Shown piece by piece: positions 9,559-16,145 of a stretch of DNA of 21,766 nucleotides (its first letter is position 1; each line of letters opens with the position of its first letter). The notes under the pieces were generated by a model. The model saw only the letters and a list, made by a program, of their open reading frames with translations. It ran no database searches and was not told where the DNA came from. Source of the stretch: Methanobacteriaceae archaeon 41_258. Its GTDB lineage: Archaea > Methanobacteriota > Methanobacteria > Methanobacteriales > DSM-23052. The DNA lies in NCBI GenBank assembly GCA_001507955.1, contig LGEU01000008.1:1-21766 (forward strand). The letters are read 5' to 3'. The position numbers and the translations under genes were made by a program.

Positions 9559-9741
9559 TTATCAACTCCCATTCTCCATTTATCCATTCTTTTTCTGATT
9601 TTTTCATGGTTCTTCTCATCATTTAGTGGATGATTATTATATTACTTGCTTGTCCAATTTATAATATTTTTGATCTAAACCTTGGGCGAAGATTATTTCT
9701 ATAATGGATGATCTAATTTGATGTTGGAGGTGTTCTTGGGG
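9559..9741. promoter_or_regulatory. divergent intergenic control region (TATA-like TTTATAATAT 9658-9667; repeated TGGATGAT at 9627-9634 and 9705-9712)
   Basis: This AT-rich spacer separates the CARF-HTH gene from the ACT-MBL gene. The TATA-like box lies 75-84 nt upstream of ATG 9742. An 8-mer direct repeat occurs 78 nt apart, and the first copy is embedded in TCATC-N8-GATGA (9616-9633). Confidence 0.3.
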
Positions 9742-11289
9742 ATGGCCACGTTTGAGGTTTGGAAGTCCACTACCGATAATTTATTCCTTGGTAGAGTGAA
9801 GGTTTATGTGCCGGATAGGCCAGGATCCCTTGCGAGGATAGCTGGTTACTTTGCAGATCATGATATAAACATATCATATTTTTATTATAATAGATCTGAG
9901 CATCCTAATCGCGTTCTTGTTGAGGGAAAGTCCAAAGAGAACGTTTTCCACTCCCTATACAATGATCTTGTCCATGGAGGATCCTTTAAGGAGTTATTTG
10001 AGGAAAATCTTCAAATCACAAAACCTGACAATATTCTTAAAGTCTCTGTCTATCTTGAGAACAAACCCGGAACCCTCAAAGATTTTGCGAAGGTTCTTGA
10101 AAGGTATGGTGCCAATGTCACTTACATGATCTATAATGAGATGATATCAGAGAACAAGGCTGAAATGGCATTCTATGTCAAAGACCCAGAGCAGATCCAA
10201 GAACTCGCCAAGGAATTAAACACACTCGGATATCATTACAATCTTGAATACACCGGGGCCGACGAGGAAAAAACTAATATGATGATCGGTTTGAACCTTA
10301 TTGAAAGGTTTTTCCTCAAACTCAGAGAGCTCCTAGATGATGAGGAAGTAGCGAAGATAAAAAGACTCGTTAACACTTCCAAGGAGTTATCCAATACCCT
10401 CATTGGTTTTAACCGGGAAGCTGGTCGGAACCTTGAAGCCGGCCAAGTCCTTGGGAACATATTGGCCTTCGCAATATCATCTAGGACGCGTAAAGATGAT
10501 GCATTCTACTATAGAAAGCTGCCCAGCCTACCACTCGGCAACCTACTATTACATGTTTTCAAACCCCCAACAGGCGGCAACATCCACATCCTAGAATATG
10601 ATAAAGACCTTGTAATGATCGACGGCACCTATGGCATATACTACAACAACATAAAAGAAATGCTAAGAGAGAATGGCCTAGACCCTTCAAGGATAAGTCG
10701 GATTTATCTTTCCCATGCTGACGCAGACCATGCCGGCCTCAGCGGATACTTCCATGAAGAATATGGTACAAAAGTTTTCATGCACCCACAAGCCAAGAAG
10801 ATCATAGAGGAAGAGAATCGTGCAGCAGGCTCAAAAACACCCCTCATGGAACTTAACCATTATTTCACAATCCTTGTAAACCATTTTACAGAGTGCAAGT
10901 TCCCCAAGAACTGGCAACCATACAAGACAAAGAAAAGGGGCGAAATCGGAGCATTCCACATAATAGACCATTTCAAGGTTGGTGGCTTAAATTTCAAGGT
11001 TCTGGAAAGCCTTGGGGGTCACATACCAGGACAAGTATTTTTCTTATCAGAAGAAGCAAAGGTACTATTCAGTGGCGATTATCTGCTCTATGTGCCAAGC
11101 TTGGAGGATGAGGAGAAAAAATTCCTAAACATTCCAAGATTCCTCATGACAAGTACCAATGCAAACTCAATGCTATTCAAAGAAGAAATGCAAGCATTGA
11201 AAGAAGTTGCAAAAGCGACTGATAAAAAGGTGAATGGTTTGATCGTGTTACCAGGCCATGGAGATTACTACCCCATAAGACTCCTATAA
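9742..11289 (+). CDS. tandem ACT domain + metallo-beta-lactamase-fold hydrolase
   Basis: The ORF is open from 9718 (TTG). ATG 9742 sits 9 nt after GGAGGTG (9726-9732). There are two ACT-like units (VKVYVPDRPGSLARIAGYFADHDINISY; VSVYLENKPGTLKDFAKVLERYGANVTY). MBL motifs follow: LVMIDGTYG, SHADADHAG, VFMHPQ, GGHIPGQ, FSGDYLL, LPGHGD. Confidence 0.8.
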   Translation: MATFEVWKSTTDNLFLGRVKVYVPDRPGSLARIAGYFADHDINISYFYYNRSEHPNRVLVEGKSKENVFHSLYNDLVHGGSFKELFEENLQITKPDNILKVSVYLENKPGTLKDFAKVLERYGANVTYMIYNEMISENKAEMAFYVKDPEQIQELAKELNTLGYHYNLEYTGADEEKTNMMIGLNLIERFFLKLRELLDDEEVAKIKRLVNTSKELSNTLIGFNREAGRNLEAGQVLGNILAFAISSRTRKDDAFYYRKLPSLPLGNLLLHVFKPPTGGNIHILEYDKDLVMIDGTYGIYYNNIKEMLRENGLDPSRISRIYLSHADADHAGLSGYFHEEYGTKVFMHPQAKKIIEEENRAAGSKTPLMELNHYFTILVNHFTECKFPKNWQPYKTKKRGEIGAFHIIDHFKVGGLNFKVLESLGGHIPGQVFFLSEEAKVLFSGDYLLYVPSLEDEEKKFLNIPRFLMTSTNANSMLFKEEMQALKEVAKATDKKVNGLIVLPGHGDYYPIRLL

Positions 11290-11297
11290 CAGAGGAG

Positions 11298-11633
11298 CTA
11301 TTGGGTTTTTTCTTTGAACCAACCAGCCTCTTCCATGGCCTTTAATGCTATTCTAGTGCTCGGATCGTCGCCTCTTGCAACACTTATCCCAACTTTTTCT
11401 TTAGTGGCTTCTATTATTTCGCCTATTGTTTTATGTGTGAATCCTGGACATAGGATTATTGAATGAACTCCCCCCTGGGCAAGTTCCTCGCACACCTTTA
11501 ATGCCTGGCTGTCATCTCTCACTAGGATGCTTGTAAGCTCATATAGGCTTGTTTCAATCTTGCACCTGTCCCTTTCAGGGTCTGCATCAGGTACGTGTGC
11601 TATGAATGCTGTCCTAAATTTTTTAGCCGTCAT
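11298..11633 (-). CDS. small conserved-looking alpha/beta protein of unknown function (tentatively DUF6506-like)
   Basis: 111-aa ORF convergent with the ACT-MBL gene (8-nt gap). The pattern AFIAHVPDADPERDR...ELAQGGVHSIILCPGFTHKTIGEIIEATKEKVGISVARGD resembles a family of ~100-aa uncharacterised proteins as I recall it. This is not verifiable here. Confidence 0.55.
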   Translation of the reverse strand: MTAKKFRTAFIAHVPDADPERDRCKIETSLYELTSILVRDDSQALKVCEELAQGGVHSIILCPGFTHKTIGEIIEATKEKVGISVARGDDPSTRIALKAMEEAGWFKEKTQ

Positions 11634-11718
11634 ACATATAAGGGTAATATACTAATATAGATATATAATTTTTGTATTGCCTTGGGGGGTTTTATTGTTG
11701 ATACATTATAGGTTGGAC
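11634..11718. promoter_or_regulatory. AT-rich divergent promoter region (ATATATAA 11661-11668)
   Basis: TAATATAGATATATAATTTTT lies between divergent starts at 11633 (-) and 11719 (+). This is recognised by composition and position only. Confidence 0.3.
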
Positions 11719-11877
11719 ATGCCCGATAGGGTTAAGTGTTCGGTTTGTGGTGGCGAGGCTGTTGAAATTGAAGAAGAATATACAGAAGGGGATTTTATCA
11801 TGATAACCTATAAGTGTAAAGACTGTGGACATATAGAAAAGAGACAATATGGTAGGCCCACAAGTATAATAGATTAG
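11719..11877 (+). CDS. small zinc-ribbon protein (52 aa)
   Basis: The ORF is open from 11677, and ATG 11719 gives MPDRVKCSVCGGEAVEIEEEYTEGDFIMITYKCKDCGHIEKRQYGRPTSIID. It has two CxxC pairs (CSVC, CKDC). It sits first in a same-strand trio with DUF169. Confidence 0.5.
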   Translation: MPDRVKCSVCGGEAVEIEEEYTEGDFIMITYKCKDCGHIEKRQYGRPTSIID

Positions 11878-11909
11878 ATCCCCCCATCAAACCATAAGGT
11901 GAGAATATT

Positions 11910-12581
11910 ATGAAAACAGAATATAAGAACATCTCCAAGAAGATGAAAGACAAACTAGGACTTGAAAGGTCTCCCGTGGCTGTTAAACTCGTACTCCACG
12001 AGGAGGACATGCCAGGGGATGTTGAAAGGATAAGCGAGCCGGCTAGGCACTGCGAAATGGTGATGCGGGCAAGTGAAGGCGAAATGTTCTACGCACTCGC
12101 AGAGGACCAGGAATGCAAAGGGGGAGCAGGTGCCATCGGAGCCGCTGAAACACCAGAAACTGTAAAGACCGGAGAATTCTATTATGGCCTGGGCAGATTT
12201 TCAAGTCTCCCAGCCGCCAAAAGAACACTAGACCAGATCCCAAAGATAAACCTTAAATTCTATGCTGTAGTATACGCACCACTAGAAAAAGTAGAATTCG
12301 ACCCTAATGTTATATTAGTGGTCTGTAACCCTGCCCAAGCACTCAAGATAATCCAGGCACTAGTCTACACCAAAGGTGGCAGGGTCAAGGGAGATTTCGC
12401 AGGCATACAATCAATCTGTGCAGATGCAGTGGCAGGACCATACACGCGAGGCGAAGCCAACATAACCCTAGCATGCAGCGGCTCAAGACAATACTCCAAC
12501 ATAAGAGATGATGAGCTTGTAATTGGCCTAACAGCCGAAAATATAGACTGTACAGTAGAAGCGCTCGAAGAAATGGCATAA
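11910..12581 (+). CDS. DUF169 domain-containing protein
   Basis: 223 aa, with AAGGTGA (11896-11902) 7 nt before the ATG. The N-terminal LGLERSPVAVKL, then HCEMV...ECKGGAG...PNVILVVCNPAQALKIIQAL...QSICADAV...ITLACSGSR, match the DUF169 pattern as I recall it. Confidence 0.7.
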   Translation: MKTEYKNISKKMKDKLGLERSPVAVKLVLHEEDMPGDVERISEPARHCEMVMRASEGEMFYALAEDQECKGGAGAIGAAETPETVKTGEFYYGLGRFSSLPAAKRTLDQIPKINLKFYAVVYAPLEKVEFDPNVILVVCNPAQALKIIQALVYTKGGRVKGDFAGIQSICADAVAGPYTRGEANITLACSGSRQYSNIRDDELVIGLTAENIDCTVEALEEMA

Positions 12582-12582
12582 C

Positions 12583-12804
12583 ATGGGGAGTGGATCAGCC
12601 TTGGTTGAAATAACCGACATATTAGATGAAGCACGTGACCTTGCAGAGAAGATAAAAAAGTACCGCGAAGAGGCTGAGAGTGAGACCATAGCATGTTGGA
12701 TCTATGATGTCATACTCTCAATGGAAGATCTGGCTAAAATCGTTGAAGAATTACAAGATAGGATAGACTTGCTCGAAGAGGAACTAGAAGGTAAAAAATT
12801 CTAG
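12583..12804 (+). CDS. small acidic coiled-coil protein, unknown function
   Basis: 73 aa. The ATG is 1 nt after the DUF169 stop. The sequence is E/D/L/K-rich with heptad character (LAKIVEELQDRIDLLEEELEGKKF). I recognise no homology. Confidence 0.45.
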   Translation: MGSGSALVEITDILDEARDLAEKIKKYREEAESETIACWIYDVILSMEDLAKIVEELQDRIDLLEEELEGKKF

Positions 12805-13433
12805 TTCCTCCTAATAATTTTTAGATAATCATCAAAGGTATTCAGGTTAATAAGTTCTATTCCATCTGACGGCCTTATAGCATACAAGATTATACCATCC
12901 CCTAGTATGTGCCAGAGCAATGGATTAACGTTACCACTATACAATGGTAAATATTTTAGTAGGAGTTTCCTGGGGGCTGCGAATGGCATCCCAAGACCCC
13001 TAGCATTGTCCAAGCAACCGAAAGAACCCCTCCCAAGTATCGACACTCTATCATCCCCCACGGCCCTGATAATCTTCTTGTAGGTCCTAGGAGTGACTGT
13101 TGGCTGGTCTCCGGCAACACAAAGACAAAAAAGTCCCCTAGCATTCTTCACACCATTCAATAACGAGCCAGTTAATGGCAGATCATCCTGGTTCTCCACG
13201 ATCCTAACATCCAAGTCACTGATCACAGGGATTATATCATCCTTCTGGTGTCCAACAACAACGATACACTCATCCACACCAGCACTCAGAACATTAACTA
13301 TGGTCTTTTCTATCACTGTTCCACCATTTAACTTTAGTAGGAGTTTATGCCTTGGCTTCAACCCCCTTTTTTTCATGTCAGCTTTCATCCTTTTCCCTTT
13401 ACCTGCTGCTGTTATAATCCCTGATACTTTCAT
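12801..13433 (-). CDS. MobA/MocA-like nucleotidyltransferase (NTP_transf_3-type)
   Basis: 210 aa. The N-terminal GIITAAGKGKRM is the nucleotide-binding loop, followed by K-LLKLNGGTVIEKTI, then ECIVVVGH, then CVAGDQP (the DQP motif of MobA-like enzymes). Confidence 0.7.
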   Translation of the reverse strand: MKVSGIITAAGKGKRMKADMKKRGLKPRHKLLLKLNGGTVIEKTIVNVLSAGVDECIVVVGHQKDDIIPVISDLDVRIVENQDDLPLTGSLLNGVKNARGLFCLCVAGDQPTVTPRTYKKIIRAVGDDRVSILGRGSFGCLDNARGLGMPFAAPRKLLLKYLPLYSGNVNPLLWHILGDGIILYAIRPSDGIELINLNTFDDYLKIIRRN

Positions 13434-13528
13434 GCCCTTTCACGTTGGGTAATATTTTTTGGTCTTGGATTCAAGCCCTATGCTCTTCACAAGTATTTAA
13501 AGTGGATTTTCGCGAAAGCATTTCTCAT

Positions 13529-14704
13529 CTACGTTGGTACTAATCTGAGGACTTTAGCATGTATCAGCATGCTCGGACCTGAACCTTCAGTCCACATGAT
13601 TATCATTATAGGATACCGCCCATCATTATACACTTTAACATCTGTAACCGGGTCGAAACCATACATGAGCGCGAAATATCCCCAGCTTATACCTGTGGGC
13701 GTGGGCAGCCCTGCCTCTGCAATAGCATCTCTGAGAGCTCTTGCCGGTGGACACGTACCATGTGAAGCATAACCTCCAGGAGCCTTGGGGTCCCTTGATG
13801 ATGTGAACTGGACTGTTTCCTTTCCAGGTGAACTCGTCCCAGGAGGCACTATGGTACCATTCCAAGCCTTTGTGAATTGTCTTGCATTATATTCCCTGTT
13901 TATATTACCATACTCTGGGTATGATTCAAGTTGGCTTGTGGCTGTTGCAACTTCCTCTACCTTGTAGTGGTGCATGTAGGCCATGATAGGGGCGCCCTCA
14001 GGATATTCCCGCATGTATTTTTTCGTTTTTTCACCAAAGAATCTGCTTATGTCCTCTGGTGGCACTTCTAGTCTGCCATCATTAAAATTGGAAAGTGAAA
14101 AGTCTATAGCTATCCGGTCACCTATCTTCGCTTCCTTGTACCATTCTTTAAGTTCTGTTTCATTAATATAATCAGAGGCCACACTATCTATCTCGTTGGG
14201 TGATAATGTCCTTATTGTTTTATTCTTCTCCACTATGCTTATACCATCCTCTGTTTTAACGGCATAGGTGTATGGTGTCTTATATGCCCATATGAAATTT
14301 GCTGGTGGCTGTACAACTAGCTTATCACCTTTCGTTGTTAGCATCCCAGGACCCTCTAATTTGGAGGCTTTTCCACTAGCATCAACACCCTCTGTAACTT
14401 CCTTTATTGGTGTCATCATGGTCCCTGTGAATAGGCCATAGATGACCGCACCTATATCTCCACTTTGCATGTTCTTGACTAGATAATCTGGGTGTATGAT
14501 TAGGGGTTCTTTCCTTATCTTTGCAGGGTCCGCCACTTGCATCCCAGACACTACTGTGCTCCCTATGGGTATGCTGCTTATCTTTTCAGGATTCTGTTGT
14601 GGTATCATGGTGTGGATGTGGTAATCTAGTGGGGTCATCACAGTCACTATCAATACTAGTATAACTATCATAATCCTAGGATCCTTTGAGGATGTTTTTA
14701 GCAT
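13529..14704 (-). CDS. membrane-anchored (N-in, bulk outside) protein of unknown function with a distantly VanW-like C-terminal region
   Basis: 391-aa ORF. An alternative ATG at 14671 lies 4 nt after the upstream stop. KDPR is followed by the hydrophobic IMIVILVLIVTVMTPL. The C-terminal NGTIVPPGTSS...GGYASHGTCPPARALRDAIAEAGLP...YGFDPVTDVKVYNDGRYPIMIIMW loosely recalls the VanW-domain pattern. Coding status is solid; function is unknown. Confidence 0.7.
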   Translation of the reverse strand: MLKTSSKDPRIMIVILVLIVTVMTPLDYHIHTMIPQQNPEKISSIPIGSTVVSGMQVADPAKIRKEPLIIHPDYLVKNMQSGDIGAVIYGLFTGTMMTPIKEVTEGVDASGKASKLEGPGMLTTKGDKLVVQPPANFIWAYKTPYTYAVKTEDGISIVEKNKTIRTLSPNEIDSVASDYINETELKEWYKEAKIGDRIAIDFSLSNFNDGRLEVPPEDISRFFGEKTKKYMREYPEGAPIMAYMHHYKVEEVATATSQLESYPEYGNINREYNARQFTKAWNGTIVPPGTSSPGKETVQFTSSRDPKAPGGYASHGTCPPARALRDAIAEAGLPTPTGISWGYFALMYGFDPVTDVKVYNDGRYPIMIIMWTEGSGPSMLIHAKVLRLVPT

Positions 14705-16145
14705 ATTTATAGCCTCCTTCCCCTATTATTAGGATGGTGTCATTTTTTTCTGCATGTTTTAGGGCTTTTTGGATGGCCTCATCCACCTGCTTCTTGCTGG
14801 CTCCTAATGTGCCTTGTTTCATTTTTTGTTTGCTAGACTTTATATGTATGATCTTGGCTCTTGTATGATCTGATGCCTTTCTCGCACTATATGATGCTGG
14901 TATTATGATGTTGGCGCTTGAGAGTATTCTTGCTATCTCTTTGTCGCCTTCTATTCCACTCTCAGAGGATATGGTATTCACTACTATGATTTTTCCAGGG
15001 GTTTCTTCTTTTACAAGTTGCATTATGGCCCTGACACCAGCTGGGTTATGGGCATAGTCTATGATTATCTTGGGCTCTCTTTTTATTATCTCATGCCTTC
15101 CAGCAGCGCCTTTAAATGAGCTTATACCCTCTATGATATGCTCGGGGTTGATGCCGAGGGTTAGGCTTGCGGCGGCCGCCGCAAGACTATTATAGACATT
15201 GAAAAGTCCGCCTGTTTTGAGTTTTATTGCCTTATCTGCTATGTTTAATCTGAACTTATCCATTTCTACTTTGGTGGCTTTAACGTCCAACTTTGGCCTT
15301 CTGTAACCGCATGTACAATAGTAGTCTCCAAGGTGGCCTAGGAACCTATTCTTGTATTTTAGGGGTTTGCCACAATAGGGGCATTCTCTGTCTTCTGGGA
15401 ATACCTCAAAGTGGGATTTGATTGATTCTATACCATAGAATGTTACTTTGTCCTTGGGGAGGCTTTTGGCGAAACTTGCTACTATAGGGTCATCAGCATT
15501 TAATATGATGTGCTGGGCGACGTCTATGATCTCTTTTTTACATTCTATGTATTTTGGGAAATCCTCTGGTGGTAGATGATCTCTTGAAATGTTTGTTATA
15601 ATAGCTATCTTGACTTTGCTGTCTGTAGCAGCCTTTTTTATTTCACCTGGTCTTCCAAATGTTCCTATTTCAACTACTGCTATGTCACCTTCTAGTCTTG
15701 CTTGTAAAGCTGGTATGAATTCTGTGTTTCCTTGGATGTTAAGATAATGTTCAGGGACCTTGTATCCTGCCACTCTTAGTATGTTTTTTAAAATCTGTGT
15801 GGTGGTGGTTTTGCCATTGGTTCCTGTGACGCCTACAACTGGCTTTTTAACTTTGCAGGATGCTATGATGTCCTCGACTGTTATGATCTCTTTGCCTTTT
15901 ATGAGTTGGAGTATCTTCTCATTTTCTAGTAGGCTTGGTGCCACCGCTATCTTATCAGCTCCTCTTATTATATTGGGGCTGTGACCTCCAAGGTCTAGTT
16001 TGATGCCCTCTGCTTGAAAGATTTCCCATAGGGGTGTTTTTTTGCGAATGTCTGATATTGTTACAGCAGCCCTCTTTGCTAGTATTCTGGCCATTAGGCT
16101 TCCTACTGTCCCGCACCCGCCAAGTACCACTATCCTCTCCATCAT
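14676..16145 (-). CDS. Mur ligase family protein (pseudomurein peptide ligase candidate) with MurT-like Cys4 ribbon insert
   Basis: 489 aa. It has an N-terminal VVLGGCGTVGSLMA Rossmann segment, the P-loop GVTGTNGKTTTT, ITNISRDHL, and a ribbon CPYCGKPLKYKNRFLGHLGDYYCTCGYRRP (nt 15309-15383). The C-terminal domain has YAHNPAG. ATGA overlaps the upstream gene. Confidence 0.85.
   Translation of the reverse strand: MMERIVVLGGCGTVGSLMARILAKRAAVTISDIRKKTPLWEIFQAEGIKLDLGGHSPNIIRGADKIAVAPSLLENEKILQLIKGKEIITVEDIIASCKVKKPVVGVTGTNGKTTTTQILKNILRVAGYKVPEHYLNIQGNTEFIPALQARLEGDIAVVEIGTFGRPGEIKKAATDSKVKIAIITNISRDHLPPEDFPKYIECKKEIIDVAQHIILNADDPIVASFAKSLPKDKVTFYGIESIKSHFEVFPEDRECPYCGKPLKYKNRFLGHLGDYYCTCGYRRPKLDVKATKVEMDKFRLNIADKAIKLKTGGLFNVYNSLAAAAASLTLGINPEHIIEGISSFKGAAGRHEIIKREPKIIIDYAHNPAGVRAIMQLVKEETPGKIIVVNTISSESGIEGDKEIARILSSANIIIPASYSARKASDHTRAKIIHIKSSKQKMKQGTLGASKKQVDEAIQKALKHAEKNDTILIIGEGGYKYAKNILKGS

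Noticed and set aside
9917-11111. Short alternative-frame ORFs inside the ACT-MBL gene (70, 74, 63 and 72 aa)
   Set aside because: They are nested in a 515+ aa ORF with consistent domain motifs.
12043-12694. Minus-strand ORFs (66, 109 and 64 aa) across the DUF169 gene
   Set aside because: This GC-rich region gives long spurious antisense ORFs. DUF169 on the plus strand has an RBS and family motifs.
13093-14171. Plus-strand ORFs (119, 67, 60 and 62 aa) and the alternative-frame minus ORF at 13635..13865
   Set aside because: They are nested within or antisense to the nucleotidyltransferase and the 391-aa membrane protein genes and have no independent support.
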